A stretch of 61,202 nucleotides of DNA, counting the filler, from Chiloscyllium plagiosum (lineage: Eukaryota): NCBI RefSeq assembly GCF_004010195.1. It is 4 parts of one record of this genome, joined end to end, with 100 filler letters (N's around TTAATTAATTAA, not from the genome) between each part and the next. Parts side by side here need not be neighbours in the genome. Positions count along the whole stretch, not along the records: positions 1 to 29,975 come from NC_057712.1; 3 more parts are not named here. One strand, written 5' to 3'. Both the position numbers and the translations under genes were made by a program. Every line of letters begins with the position of its first letter. Position 1 is the first letter of the stretch. Below, piece by piece: positions 11,640 to 25,330 of the stretch. The notes below the pieces were generated by a model. The model did no database searches and had not been told where the DNA came from. It saw nothing but the letters and a program-made list of their open reading frames with translations.

Positions 11640-12585
11640 AAAAGAAGCACTGTTAGACAGGGGTTTTGGGAATGAGCTTGATCCGAGTGAATCATGTACT
11701 AGCAGTTAATATTTAAGGGAAAGCGTTCATTGAACCATAAGGTTCAGGCTGGCGATCATAACATGGAGCAAAGTGGAGTAAGAATAATTAACTCAGGACA
11801 ATTTAACTTCAGTGGGGAGAGAATGGATCTGACCCAGATAAACTAGAATCAAAGATTGGATGACAGAACTGTGACTGAGCAATAGGCTGCTTTTAAAAAA
11901 AGAGATAGTTTGGGTAAATTCAAGGTGTATTCCCTTAAAGGGAGAAGGTGGTGCAAGCCATCCAGAGCTCCCTGAGATACCTGGTTGGCATGGATGGGTT
12001 GGACTGAAGGGTCTGTTTCTGTGTCTGTATGACTCTATGACAAAGTGTGCTCATGACAGATGTCAGGAGCTAATACAAATAAAAGCTCAGCTGAACACGG
12101 AAAGTTCAGAGAGGAACTGTAAAAATCTTCAGCGAATTGAGGATCAGGAAAGAGAGTGAGAGAAGAGAATGACAGTCAACACAAAATGTGTTCAGCTGGT
12201 ATACAAACAGTAAAAGGATGGTAAAGGGACTGGAACTGATAAGCGAACAAAGAGGTAATTTATTCACGAAGGGAGAGGGGGTGGCTGAGGTATTAAATGG
12301 ATATTTTCCATCCACCTCTCCCAAGGAAAAGATGCTGCACAAATCACAGTGAAAGAGAAGGTGGTTCAGACACTTGAAAGGTTTAAAGTTACTAAGGAAA
12401 ATGTATTGAATAGGTTGTCTGTACTTAAACTTGATAAAGTACCAAGAGCTGAGGGAACTGAGCAACTGAGAGAAATGAAAGTGGAAGGTGCACAGGCACT
12501 GTCCATAATTTACAGCCTCTGTCCATAATTTACAGCCTTCTTTAGACTCCAGGATGGTGTGAGGAATTACAAATTTTATCCCCTT
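11640..12585 (+). mobile_element. Old degenerate CR1 LINE fragment
   Basis: Decayed CR1 ORF2-like stretches (ggctgaggtattaaatggatattttcca; gataaagtaccaag) with many disablements. Confidence 0.6.
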
Positions 12586-13040
12586 GTGGGGTGATTTATA
12601 TTGAAGTTTTCTTAGATTTTGAATTTTAAACTAGTGGCATATGAATACTGATACCTTGTTGTGAAGGCGTTTAAATATTAATTCAGTCAGTCTTTCCAGA
12701 ACCATAATTTTAAACCACTTCTGGTGCTTCCAAGAGAGTTAATGGAAGTTTTTTTCATACTGTCAGGGTTTACGACTGGAGAGAGAAAATATCAAGCCAT
12801 TAGCACAGCAGAATCTAGGATGAGCAAGTCTGTTTTAAGTTTAGTCCAAATGTTTCTGGGCAGTTAAAAGGAGACCTCACTGAAGTTAGACACAAGTATA
12901 GAATTTCCTGTAAAAAGGAAATAAGTTACCTCGGTCTAATAGTTGATGTTTCTAAGAACGTCCAGACAAGCAGAAGCCTGCCTTAGTTATTTATAATTGA
13001 GAAAGTCTAAGACCTCAGACGAAGAGGGTCTATAGCTCAC

Positions 13041-14232
13041 AGGGAGAAAGTTAGGACTGCAAATGCTGGAGATTAGAATCGGGAGTGTGGTGCTGGTACC
13101 TCCCCCCCCCCCCCCCACCTTTTCTTCCACTACATCGATGACTGTATCAGCACTACCTTGTGCTCCCACGTGGAAGTTGAACAGTTCATCAAATTCACCA
13201 ACACCTTTCACCCCAAATTCACCTGGACCATCTCAGACACCGCCCTTCCCTTCCTGGACCTCTCCACCTCCAGTGATCGACTAACCACAGACATCTACCT
13301 CAAATCCAACGACTACCACAGCTACCTGGACTACATCTCCTCCCACCCTTCCTCTTGTAAAAATCCCATCCCTTATTTCCAATTCCTCTGCCTCCACTGC
13401 ATGTGCTCCCAGGATGACCAATTCCACCACAGAACATCCCAGATGGCCTCCTTCTTCAAAGACTGCAATTTCCCCTCCCATGTTGATTGATGATGCCCGC
13501 CAGTGCATCTCCTCCACTTCCCACACCTCCGCCCTTGAACTCCTCCTTTCCAATTGCAACAAGGATCTTCCACTACCGACAAACAGACCACACTACTAGG
13601 GATATAATTTCTCACCCCACACCTATCTGGTTTCGGAAAGGCCATTCTCTCAGTGACTCCCTTGTCAGATCCACACCCCTCCACCAGTCCACGTCCAACC
13701 CCCAGCACCTTCCCCTGCCAACGCAAGAAGTGCAAAACCTGCACCCGGACCTCCCCCGCACCTCCATCCAAGGCCCCAAAGGATCCTTCCGCATCCAACA
13801 GAAATTTACCTGTACCTCCACACGTCATCTACCGTATCAGTGGCACCCGATATGGTCTCCTCTACATCGGGGAGATAGGATGCCAACTTGCGGATCATTT
13901 CAGAGAACATCTCTGGGACACCTGCACCAACTGACCTCACCGCCCAATGGCTGAACACTTAACTCCTCCTCCCACTCTACCAGGACATGCAGGCCCTGGG
14001 CCTCCTCCACTGCTAAACCCTAACCACCCGATGCCTGGAAGAAGAACACCTCATCTTCCACCTTGGAAGCCTACAACCACATGGGATCAATGTGGATTTC
14101 ACCAGCTTCCTCATTTCCCCTCCACCCACCTTATCTCAGTCCCAAGCCTCCAACTCAGCACTCATTCCTGATGAAGGGCTCATGCCTGAAACATTGATTC
14201 TGCTGCTCCTCAGATGCTGCCTGACCAGTTCA
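13041..14232 (+). mobile_element. 5'-truncated Penelope-like retroelement (RT C-terminus + GIY-YIG endonuclease, frameshifted) with an inverted terminal piece
   Basis: KFTWTISDTALPFLDL...HSYLDYISSHPSSCKNPIPY (RT/thumb region) and VIYRISGTRYGLLYIGEIGCQLADHFREHL (GIY-YIG, 13653-13934). Inverted terminal repeat piece at 13041-13097, hammerhead-like motif near 14164-14200, and flanking direct repeat agctcacagg. It lies in LTR-like sequence at about 12586-14560. Confidence 0.9.
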
Positions 14233-14904
14233 CAGCTCACAGGACTAGAACTGAAAAGAAGCAGTTATGAAAAACCTATAGATTTGCTGGAGAAGGAATT
14301 TCCCTGAACTTTTGAAAAACTGTAATATGATGGCATTGGGGAGTAGATGAGATTTTGTATTTCTTTCAAACTGTGTTATATGTGGACAATTTGGTTTTTT
14401 ATTAATTTAAGTAATAAACTCCTGTCTTATTGTTAAAACCAAATCTGGAGAGTGTGCTTACGCTGTGACCATCATGTTAATTTAAAGGAAAACATGACTG
14501 ATCAGGCCAGATTTCATTTTAGAATTTGACTGTCCAGTGGTAACATCAACTGGGATTAGAACACTTGCTCAAAAAATGGTGTAATGATAAGCTCAGCAAC
14601 TACATTTATGCTAGACTGAATTATGTAGAACAAAACTAAGTCAATTAATACTTCCAAAGAGGAGTTACAGTGTGATTGAAATGTCATCTGTTTCCCTCTC
14701 CACAGATGCTGCCATACCTGCTGAAGTTTACTCTTCAAATGAATAGCTATTTGACCAATTAGGTTAATTAAAGAAAGACAATGTGAACTTGTTAAAGGCA
14801 AATTATGTTTACTATCACGCTCGAGTTTTTTGATGAGATACAGATTTGGATGGTGAGGTCAATGTCAGTGTTGTAGCATATACAAACTTTCAAAGGCATT
14901 TGAT

Positions 14905-15830
14905 AACATGCCACCGATGAGTGATAGAGCAAAGTGTGCAGAGGACTGTGAAATACTGCAGAGGGAAATAGATAGTTTAAGTGAGTGGGCAAAGGTCTGG
15001 CAGATGGAGTACAATGTTAACAAATGTGAAGTCATCCATTTTGGTAGGAATAACAGTAAAAAGGACTATTACTTGAATGGTAAAAAATTCCAGCATGCTG
15101 CTGTGCAGAGGGGCCTGGGTGTCCTTGTGCATGAAGAACAGAAGGTTGGTCTGTAGGTGCAACAGATAATTAAGAAAACAAATGGAATTTTGTTCTTCAA
15201 TGTTAAAGGGATTGAGTTTAAAAGCAGGGAGGTTATGTTTCAGCTGTACAGGGTGCTGCTGAGACCACACCTGGAGTATTGCGTGCAGCATTGGTCCCCT
15301 TACTTGAGAAAGGATATACTGGCACTAGAGGGAGAGCAGAAGAGGTTCACTCGGTTGATTCTGGAGTTGAGGGGGTTGGCTTTTGAGGAAAGACTAAGTA
15401 AACAGGGATTATATCCATTGGAATTTAGAAGAATGATTGGGGAATCTTATAGAAACATATAAGATTGTGAAGGGAATAGATACGATAGAAATAGAGAGCA
15501 TGTTTCCACTGGTGGGTGAAACTGGGACAAGACGGCACAGCCTCGAAATTGGGGGGAGCAGATTTAGGACTGAATTGAGAAGGAACTTCTTATCCCAGAG
15601 AGTTGTGAATCTGTGGAATTCCCTGCCTAGTGAAGTAGTTGTGGTTTTCTCATTGAATGCTTTTAAAGCTAAGAGAGATAATCTTTTGAACAGTAAAGGA
15701 ATTAAGGGTTACGGTGAGAGGGTGAGTAAGTGGAGCTGATGCCACAAAAGATCAGCCATGATCTTATTCAATGGTGGAGCAGGCTCAAAGGGCCAGACGG
15801 CCTATTCCTGCTCCTAGTGCTTATGTTCTA
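14905..15830 (+). mobile_element. CR1 LINE 3' end
   Basis: WAKVWQMEYNVNKCEVIHFG, LYRVLLRPHLEYCVQHWSPY and TRRHSLEI...FLSQRVVNLWNSLP, followed by a 3' UTR. Confidence 0.9.
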
Positions 15831-15853
15831 GAGTAGGTTCGAGCCTATCAGAG

Positions 15854-16049
15854 TTGAAAAACTGTAGTGCTGGAAAAGCACAGCAGGTCAGGGAGCATCC
15901 AAGGAGCAGGCATAAGCCCTCCATCGGGAACGTATGAAGCACTGATGAAGGGCTTATGCTCCTGCTCCTCAGATGCTGCCTGACCTGCTGTGCTTTTCCA
16001 GCACCACACTTTTTGACTCTGATCTCCAGCATCTGCAGCCCTCACTTTC
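15854..16049. mobile_element. Penelope-like fold-back mini-element with about 16-bp TSD
   Basis: Inverted arms flanked by ttcgagcctatcagag at about 15838-15853 and 16050-16065. Confidence 0.8.
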
Positions 16050-16069
16050 TTCGAGCCTATCAGAGATCA

Positions 16070-17150
16070 AGGAATAAAAGGGACTGCAGTAAAATGGTTA
16101 CAAAATTGGTTGAGGAATAAGAAGCAAAGAGATAATAGTTGTTTATCACACTGGGAAAAGTTTTACATCGGATGTACCCGGGGTTAGTGTTAGAACCACT
16201 GCTTTGTTTGAACTATATGAATGATTGAGATGTATTGTGAACTGTGAGGTGGATAGGGTAGAATTTCAAATGGAGACGGATAGATTTTGAAATAGACAGA
16301 CCAGTGACAGGTGAAATTTAATGATTCATGTTGGCAGGAACACCACGAAGAAACAATGTAAAGTAAAGGACACAATTGCAAAGATGTAACAGGAAGTGAT
16401 AGTGTACATGTGCATAAGTCATGGAACGTGGCAGGACAAGTTAAATCATGAAGCATCTTCATGAGGAGAATAAAGTACAAAAAGCAAGAAAGCTGTGGTA
16501 AAACTGAGTAAAATATTGGCTCAGCTTCATTGGCACCACACTTTATAAAGGATATGAAAGTGTTAAAGAGAATACAGAAAAGATTGACAAGATTTTTCCA
16601 TGAATGAGGAACTTGAGTTACATCAACAGATTGGAGAAGGTGGGACTGTTTCTTCAAGCAATTTGATCGACGTATTGATTGTAATATTTTTAAGGTCAAA
16701 TTAGATTGAATCTCCAGATAATGGAAATCTCAGGGTACAGTGATAAGCAGGAAAGTAAAATCGAGGCCGAAATGATCAGGATCTTATTAATTGGTGGAGC
16801 TGGAGTCAAAACAGCCTCCACCAGTTCCTTACTCATCATGTTCAAAATCATGAGGGGTCTGGACAGAATAGTGACGGAGAAACGGTTCCTGTTGGTGGTA
16901 GCATTGAGAACCACAGACTCAGGGTTAAAGCAAGGAAGCAATGGTGACATGAAAAGAAAGTTGTGACCACCTTTTGAGTGGTTAAGGTCTGGAATATACA
17001 GTGTCAGTGGAAATTGGACCATCATCTGAAAGATAAGAAAGTGCAGGGCTACAGGAAGACGACATTGATGAATTGTACATTCTGATAATCAGCGTACATA
17101 TGACAGGCTTATTGGATCATTCTGGACTGGAGCCATTCAAGGATTCTATA
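16070..17150 (+). mobile_element. Degenerate CR1 LINE
   Basis: Decayed RT and C-terminal motifs (gtacccggggttagtgttagaaccactg; ttcaaaatcatgaggggtctggacag). Confidence 0.6.
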
Positions 17151-17307
17151 ATTAAAGAATACAAAAGCTTCACAGCCAATTAGCTATTTTCCCTCCATAA
17201 ATGTCTCACTTTGTTGATCTTTCCCCTTGAATACGTGATGTATTATTCTTCCCCAATTCAAGCACTCTCACTGCACAGTTTAATAAAAGATTTCCCAACA
17301 TCAAATT

Positions 17308-17643
17308 CATAGAATCCCTACAGTATGGAAGCAGGGCATTCGGCCCATCAAGTCTACACTGACCTCTCACTGAACAACATCCCTCTTATCCTTGCAACCC
17401 TGCATTTCCCATGACTAATCCACCTAATCTGCACAACCCTGGACACTCTGGGAAATTTAGCGTGGTCAATCCATCCTAACCTACACATGTTGGACTGTGG
17501 GAGGAAACTGGAGGAGCTGGAGGAAACCCACACAGACACAGGGAGAATGTGCAAACTCCACGCAGTCACCCAAAGATGGATTCGAACCCAGGTCCCCGGC
17601 GCTGAGAGGCAGCAGCGCTAACCACTGAGCGACCGTGCCACCA
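17308..17643 (-). mobile_element. HE1/V-SINE-like SINE
   Basis: Reverse complement of the head ggcacggtcgctcagtggttagcgctgctgcctc...gggttcgaatcc, plus the conserved core. Confidence 0.88.
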
Positions 17644-17905
17644 TAATTGTCCTGCTGTGAAACTAATAATGAACCACAAAGTACATTTTCATGGAAAATA
17701 CAATGATCTGGTCATTTCACAGGAAAAGTGCAATCACTGTCAAGTACAACCCTTTCTTGAAGCTTTCATTAGCAGCACATCTTTTCTTCAATGCAAGCGG
17801 TATTTGTGACACAAACACAGTCTGGCCAATTTGTTCCCATTGCTCTGTTTTTTACATGGGACCACAGATTTTTACACAATCGTTTTACTGCAGTATCTCA
17901 CTTAC

Positions 17906-18033
17906 CTTTTGGCTTGTTCCTCTGCGTATTTGAAAGGATAATTTGCAAGTGTTGCTTGATACCCTGTGTTTTTCACCATGTTATTCCAGGTGACCAATCT
18001 CTGGCCAATCGCTGTTCCTCTCGGCTCAAAGCC
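17906..18033 (-). CDS. DISP1: DISP1 internal exon, 128 nt: [42 protein letters not shown]
   Basis: Acceptor ...tttgtAG|GGC and donor AG|GTAAGT. Near-identical to the start of DISP1 ECD1. Confidence 0.96.
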
Positions 18034-18511
18034 CTACAAATATTTGAAAACTGAACATGAACCTTTTTATTATTCAATCGTTTGGCAACAAGTGCTTCAT
18101 CTTGCCCTTATAAAGTCCAACCTCATGTGCCACTGTCACATACCAGGCAGTGTTTCCAATGTGTTCAGGGTGTCTTTGCTCACTCCTCCCGCCAGTGCTG
18201 CATTTGTACTGGCTCCTGCTACCCTCTGCTTTCTCTCTTTAGGCACCATCAGATGAAAGACTTACATGGAATTGAAATTATTGTTGGGTGCGGATTAGCG
18301 CCAACATAGACTAATGGGGGTTGCTGAAATCTGTGTGGATTTCTGCTTGAATTCTGAGTGGAATGGACAAACAGCATGACCATCAAACCCCATGAGGTCA
18401 TGTCATTCACACACAAACAGGGCTGTTCTGCAGGGGTCATATAATTATGTTGATTCCCTTTCCCTTCCATCACATTCAATGAGTCCTCACCCAATCGTAG
18501 AACATCTTATA

Positions 18512-18945
18512 CAATCATAGACTTGTACAGCATGGAATTGACCCTTCGGTCCAACTCATCCATGCTGACCAGATATCCTAAATTAATCTAGTCCCATTTG
18601 CAAGGATTTGGCCCATATCCCTCCAAACCCTTCCCATTCATATTCCCATCCAGATGCCTTTTAAATGTTGTAATTGTATCAGCCTCCACCACATTCTCCA
18701 ACAGCTCATTCCATACACACGCCACCCTCTGTGTGAGAAAGGTGCCCTTCAGGCCCCCTTTAAATCTTTCCCTTCTCACCTTAAACCTATGCCCCCTAGT
18801 TTTGGACCCCCCCCCCACCCTGGGAAAAAGGTCTTGACTATTCACCCTATGTCCCTCATGATTTTATAAATCTCTATAAATTCACCCTCAGCCTCAAATG
18901 CTCCGGGGAAAATAGCCCCAGCCTATTCAGCGTCTCCCCATAGCT
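18512..18945 (-). mobile_element. CR1/HER1 LINE 3' end
   Basis: SKTRGHRFKVRRERFK...TQRVACVWNELLENVVEADTITTFKRHLD, plus tail. Confidence 0.88.
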
Positions 18946-19944
18946 GCTCAGGATCAGCTAGGTGAACAGAGACCCGGGAATGAAACTGGGAAGTTGTTAG
19001 CTTTGCTTAGTCACCAAGGAAACAATTGTTTGGGGAAATTTTTGGTACAATTGAATTATGCTCCACTGGCCTCTGCCTCACCTCTCCATACAATAACCTT
19101 GTGGAAGGAAAACAGGGGTCTGAAAATATCTCCCATTCATAGAGCTAGTCACAACATTGGACTGATCAATCCAATGGGCCTGTGCCCGAAACGTCGAATT
19201 TCCTGTTCCCTGGATGCTGCCTGACCTACTGTGCTGTTCCAGCAATAAAGTTTCAACTTCTTCCCAGGATCCTGTAGGTGGCAATATCAAACAGCAAACG
19301 ATCCAAATGTTCTACTGAATTGTCAGCCACATCAGAGGAAACTCATCCCAGTCTTTAGCAAGCTCTTGTCATTATGTGATGTACTTTCAAATTGCTCATT
19401 TTAATCAGCTGAGAGTAGAACAATCCAATTACATCGTATAAACATCAGAAGACTGCTCACATATTTAGTTTCCAAACATTGGTCAGTTCACAACTCTCCA
19501 AAATTACAGAATTGTACAACATAGGAGGCCATTCGCTCTATCATGGTCATGCTGGCTTTCTGAAATCTATCCAATCAGTCCCATTCTCTGGATCTTTCCC
19601 GATAGCTGAACAAATCTTCCCTGCAAATATTTGTACACTATCCTTTTGAATCTTATTAAGCCTGTTTTCACCTTTCGGGCAGAAGATTCACATCATAACA
19701 TTGCATTGTTAACACGATGATTTCTGATTCTTTGCTTCATTATTGTGAACCACGAGCTTTGGTAAAAAGCTCTCAATATCTCTTTAAACAATTCACTCCT
19801 GAAAGCAGCAAGATGCTCTGCTTGCAAATAAAAGCAGTGCCCCATTTGTGCACAGCTCCCTTCACAAACTCTACGGGGTAGATTGCTAAGCTCATTTTTA
19901 GCAGTTTTAAAGTAGCCAGGTCATTGAAAGAGGCCCTCAAATTA

Positions 19945-20265
19945 AACAAAGTACTGTAGATGCTGCAAATGTGGAATGAAGATAAAATGCTGGAGAAACT
20001 CATCAGGTCTGGCAACATCTATGAAGAGACAAGTGGATTTTAAAAACTGAAAGACACATCAATCTAGAAATAAAAGGTGAAAGAACTGCGGATGCTGTAA
20101 ATCAGAAATAAAAACAGAAATTGCTGGAAAAGCTCAACAGATCTGGCAGCATCTATAGCGAGAAGTCAGAGTAACATTTCGGGTCAAAAGACCCTTCCTC
20201 AGAACGGTGTTCTGAGGCTGCCAGAGCTGCTGAGTTTCTCCAGCACTTTCTGCTTTTATTTCGGC
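19945..20265. mobile_element. Penelope-like terminal fragments of a second subfamily, including a fold-back copy at about 20075-20265
   Basis: ctgcggatgctg...cagaaattgctggaaaagctcaacagatctggcagc and its inverse. Hammerhead-like CUGAGGAAGGGUCUUUUGACCCGAAA on the minus strand near 20176-20203. Confidence 0.7.
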
Positions 20266-21398
20266 TGGGGACTGTATTTTGCAGTGGATTCTGTTATGGA
20301 ATATTGAGTGACCTCCATTTAACATCGCTACCAAACAGGTGACAGTAGTAGCTTTGAACTAACAGCCCTCCTGAAGAGAAACAGTGAAGCTCCAGCAATG
20401 ATCTGAACAAGCAGCATTGCCGACAGCAACTGGATTATCTGAGTACAATCCTCACTGTTTATTCAGCTGTCACTAGCTCTTGCTAAATACATCAAGGCAG
20501 CACAATATAGCTACTGGAATTGGAGTTGGAGTCTTAATTGCTCTGGGTTGAATGCTGAACTGAATGTCACTCCACTCACATTTAACAGTGATGGTGATTT
20601 GATCTTGACTGGTCTGACTAACTATTCCTGAATCAAACAGTGTCTGTTCCTCTCAGCCCACCTCATTACTTCTTTTCTTGTTGTCTCAGCATTGTAACTT
20701 CTATCTAAATTCTCAGGTTTGACCTCTCATGGTGTTGAGCTGACTGGTGTCTCCACTGTCATCAACAAACATGAACTGTCTGGGAGTGGGGTCACAGACA
20801 AAGGCATAATCCCATGTGCATGCTGAACTCGGTAACGGGTCCACACATTTTTGGGGAGAGGAACTTTGGTGAGGTGTGGGGAGAGGGAATATGGGTTTCT
20901 GTGACTGGACTTCTTCCCTGTGACTGGTGCAGACTGTGCCAGGTTTAAGGTGGGCATGTATTGAGAGTGGCAGCTGGAGGTTTGTTGGATAGATGGTGAG
21001 CCTCATTGACCAGAGTGTCCATTCCTACTGTGGTACAGTAATATATATAAATAAATATCTGACATTTATGAGCAATCAATTCAGTTGGAAAAAGTAGGTG
21101 TGCTGTGGAATTGTTTGTCTCACTGAAGTATTCCTTGATACTGAAAAGGTTGGGAACAATTATTCCACAGACTGAGATATCTTCAAGAATCAGAACCAAT
21201 TTGCTTTCAAATCTGTTGAATCATTTGCAACAGTTGGACTCTCATCAAAGCGGCAATAGCACAAAAAGACAAGCCATCGAATTCCGGCCCCAAATTTTCA
21301 TACAAGGAACAAACCTCCATGAGGGGGAACAAGGTTGCAGTGATCTGTAGAATTCACTGCAATTTCAGTCACAACAGAACGATGGGAGAATCACTCAC

Positions 21399-21522
21399 CA
21401 GCAATGGGTCCGAGAAGTCGGGAAGATCTGGTACCAGGATTCCAACCAGTGCACAGATCACAATGAGAACTGTGCATAGCCCTAGGACCACCACTGGCCA
21501 GTCAGCTATCAGAGCCGCATAG
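21399..21522 (-). CDS. DISP1: DISP1 internal exon, 124 nt, TM1: (S)[41 protein letters not shown]
   Basis: Acceptor ...tttcAG|C and donor CTG|GTGAGT. Encodes hydrophobic TM1 and the LPDFSDPLL motif, in frame with the GFEPRG exon. Confidence 0.96.
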
Positions 21523-21837
21523 CTGAAAACAGAAACAGCGTCACTACATCAGATACAGACTACAACAGGCAATTCGCTCATTTGAACTAAAAAAGCACAT
21601 TCATCTGATCTGGATCCTGGACTTTCAAGACCATTTTGCACAATGAGGAACCTCACATATGGCTTTTTAAAAGGCACCATCAACTGGTGACTGGAATCCC
21701 AGTTCCAAAGGCTTTAGTTCTTCAGCACCTGACGGAGTGGTCATTTTTTTCCACAAACTTAAACAATAAAGTTAGCAAATGTCTTTCAAGAGGAATAGAT
21801 AAAACACTAGATTTACTCTGTTCTTTAAGGGACTTGT

Positions 21838-22622
21838 CATAGAGTCATAGAGATGTACAGCATGGAAATAGACCCTTTGGTCCAACCCGTCCACGCTGAC
21901 CAGATATCCCAACCCAATCTAGTCCCACCTGCCAGCACCCGGCCCATATCCCTCCTAACCCTTCCTATTCATATACCCATCCAAATGCCTCTTAAATGTT
22001 GCAATTGTACCAGCCTCCACTTCCTCTGGCAGCTCATTCCAAACACGTACCACTCTCTGTGTGAAAACGTTGCCCCATCAGTCTCTTTTATATCTAGTCC
22101 CTCTCACCCTAAACCTATGCCCTCTAGTTCTGGACTCCCCGACCCCAGGGAAAAGACTTTGCCTATTTACCCTATCCATGCCCCTCAATTTTGTAAACCT
22201 CTATAAGGTCACCCCTCAGCCTCCAGGGAAAACAGCCCCAGCCTGTTCAGCCTCTCCCTATAGCTCAAAACCTCCAATCCTGGCAACATCCTTGTAAATC
22301 TTTTCTGAACCCTTTCAAGTTTCACAACATCTTTCTGATATGAAGGAAACCAGAATTGCGCACAATATTCCAACAGTGGCCTAACCAATGTCCTGTACAG
22401 CCGCAGCATGACCTCCTAACTCCTGTACTCAATACTCTGACCAATAAAGGAAAATTAAACTCCATCTGCCACTTCTCAGCCCATTGGCCCATCTAGTCAA
22501 GATCCTGTTGTAATCTTCGCTGTCCACTACACCTCCAATTTTGGTCTCATCTGCAAACTTACTAACTGTACCTCTTATGCTCGCATCCAAATCATTTATG
22601 TGAATGACAAAATGTAGAGGAC
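21838..22622 (-). mobile_element. CR1/HER1 LINE 3' end
   Basis: LYRTLVRPLLEYCAQFWFPSYQKDVVKLERVQKRFTRMLPGLE and a tail ending catctctatgactctatgac. Confidence 0.9.
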
Positions 22623-22979
22623 TTATCTTAGTACTTCTGATAGTACAACAGTAAGTGGGTGTTTTAAAGCATTTTGTACTTCTTTTTCAAAATCCCTGTG
22701 GCCCCATCCAGCTTTAAAGTGGCCCCAATCAGAACCATGAAAGGAACGGTGGACATAGTTGGTGACAATCACTCTACGGGCAGCCTGCTGTTCGGCCTGA
22801 AGAAGCATGTTGTTGAAGTCAGTGTTAAATGAGAACAGTTCAATGTTTTCATTTACTGCAACAGGAACAACAATGTGAACAGGAGGTCATTCAATCCATT
22901 GAACCTGATCCGCACCATTCAGTGGCACCATGGCTGGTCTGACCATGGCATTAACTCAACATGCCTAGCAGTCCTGCAA

Positions 22980-24078
22980 GACCTAGATGGGTAATGTTGT
23001 AGAACAGAGAAAACCTAGGGGTTCAGGTACATAATTCATTGAAATTTGCATCACAGGTAGACAGGGTGGTTAAGAAGGTGTTTTGCACATTTGCCTTCAT
23101 TGTTCAGATCTTTGAGTAAAGGAGTTGAAACATTATGTTGAGGTTACACAGGATGTTGGTGAGGCTTCTTATCATAGAATCCTTACAGTGTGGAAGCATG
23201 TCATTCAGCCCATCGAGTCCACACCAACCCTCCAAACAGCATCCTACCCAGACCCACTCTCTTAACCTATCCCTGTAACACATTTCCCATGGCTAATTCA
23301 CCAAGCCTGCACACCTCGAGACACTATAGGTAATTTAGCATGGCCAATCCACCTAACTTGCACATCTTTGGACTGTGGGAGGAAACTGGAGCAACCGGAG
23401 GAAACCCATGCAGACACGGGGAGAAGGTGCACACTCCACACAGTCATCTGAGGGTGGAACTTAACTGTGGTCCTTGGCGCTGTGGGGCAGCAGTGCTAAC
23501 CACTGGAGTTGCCCTGGAGTACTCTTCTGGAGTATTGCTTGCAGTTCTGTTGGCCCTGCTATAGGAAGAATATTATTAAATTGGAGAAGGTTCAAAAATT
23601 ATTTGTGAGGATGTTGCTGGGAATGGAGGGTTTGAATTATAAGGAGAGGATGGTTAGGTTGGGACCCTTTTGACTGGAGCATAGGAGGTTGAAGGGTGAC
23701 TTTACAGAGGTTTATAAAATCATGAGGGGCATAGATAAAGGTGAATAGCAAAAGTCTTTTCCCTAGGGTGGGGGGAGTCTTCAAAATTAGGGGGGCAGCT
23801 TTTAAGGTGAGAGGAAATTGTTTTAAAAAGGACATTAGTGGCAATGTTTTTATACGGTGTGTGGTTCATATGTAGAACAAACCGCCGGAGGAAGTGGTAG
23901 ATCTGGGTACAATTACAACACTTAAAAGACATTTGGATAAGTACATGAATATGAAAGGTTTGGAGGGATATGGGCCAGGAGCAGGCAGGAGAGAGGAGTT
24001 TACTTTGGGAATATGGTCAGTGTAGACGAGTTGGACCAAAGGGGCTGAGTCCATGCTGTATGACTCCATGACTCTATG
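22980..24078 (+). mobile_element. CR1 LINE 3' end interrupted by an HE1-like SINE (about 23171-23503, minus strand)
   Basis: CR1 sequence ttggtgaggcttctt...ctggagtattg resumes after the SINE; tail gactccatgactctatga. Confidence 0.85.
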
Positions 24079-24229
24079 AGAACTCTGTCAAACCCAGCCT
24101 TGGACAATTTCAATGACTCACTCCTCAACTTCATCTTAAATGAAATAACCCTTGTTCTTAAGCTGTGCTCCCTTGTCCAAGATTCCTCATTGAGGGGCAG
24201 TGTTGTTTCAAACCCTTCAGAATCTTGTA

Positions 24230-25330
24230 ATTATAGATAAGGACAAAGATAAAGGTTCTGAATTGGGGAAAGGTCAATTTCATTAGGATAAGATAGAGTT
24301 TGGTCATAGTGAACTGGGAGCGGCTACTTGCAGGAAAACCCACATCGGAGCAGTGGGAATCATTCAAAGGGAGACATTCATAGTGAGAGTGTAGGATCAA
24401 CACATTCCCATAAAGGTAATGGGTGGAGGCAACAAGTGCAGAGAACTCTGCATGGCAAGGATTGGATCAGAAAAAAAACACTTAAGGTAGCAACCAAAGA
24501 CTACAAACAGTGGATGCTCCCAAAGGAACACAGAAAGGTGCAGGGGCTGCTTAAAAATAAAACAAGTAGAGTGAAGAGGGGAAAATGGAGAAACACTGCT
24601 GGCTAACATTAAGAAAAATGCAAAGGCTTTTTATAAGTATGTTAAGAACAAGTGACTCACCAGGGAAAGGTTATAGCGTATTAGGATCAAACGTAGCGAT
24701 GTGTGTGTGTGGAGCCAGAAGACATAGCTGAGGTTTTAAATGATTTCTTTGCATCTATATTTGCTGCAGAGAAGGACCATGTAAGTCTAGAAATTAGTGA
24801 GGGGGGACTGTGATACATTTAAACAATTAGCACTGAGAGGGAAGAAATATTAACTGTTTTAGTGGGCTGGAAAGTGGATAAACTCCCAGCCTACAGTGGG
24901 AGACAAAGAGGAATTGCAGCAGCTCAGACACTACTCTGTAGAGAAGGTTGAGCGGGAATTTCATCGAGGTGTACAAAGTTCTGAGGGGCATAGACAGAAT
25001 AAACAGCCAGAAACACTTCCCCTTAGCAGAGGGGTCAAAAACCAGGGGGGACCATTTTAAGGTGAGGAGGATTAGAGGGTTAGAGGGGATTTTGAGGAAA
25101 CAGTTTTCTCCCCCAGAGGGTTGTGGATATCTGCAACTCCATACCTGAAGGGGCAGTAGAGGCAGGAATCCTTTAGGCATTTAAGTAGTTAGATTGTCAT
25201 ATGAAACCTCACAGCATAAAAAGCAAGAAGTCATATGCTGGAAAATGGGATTTGAAGAGATGGATGTTTGATGATTGGCACAGATATAATGGACCGAGAA
25301 GCCTCTTTCAATGATGTAAAAACTCTAAGA
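24230..25330 (+). mobile_element. Degenerate CR1 LINE with internal deletion
   Basis: NIKKNAKAFYKY-like segment, EVYKVLRGIDRINSQKHFPLAEGSKTRGDHFKV, and a 3' UTR. Confidence 0.75.

Noticed and set aside
12499..12538. 19-20-bp tandem duplication ctgtccataatttacagcct
   Set aside because: An ordinary slippage duplication inside a dead CR1.
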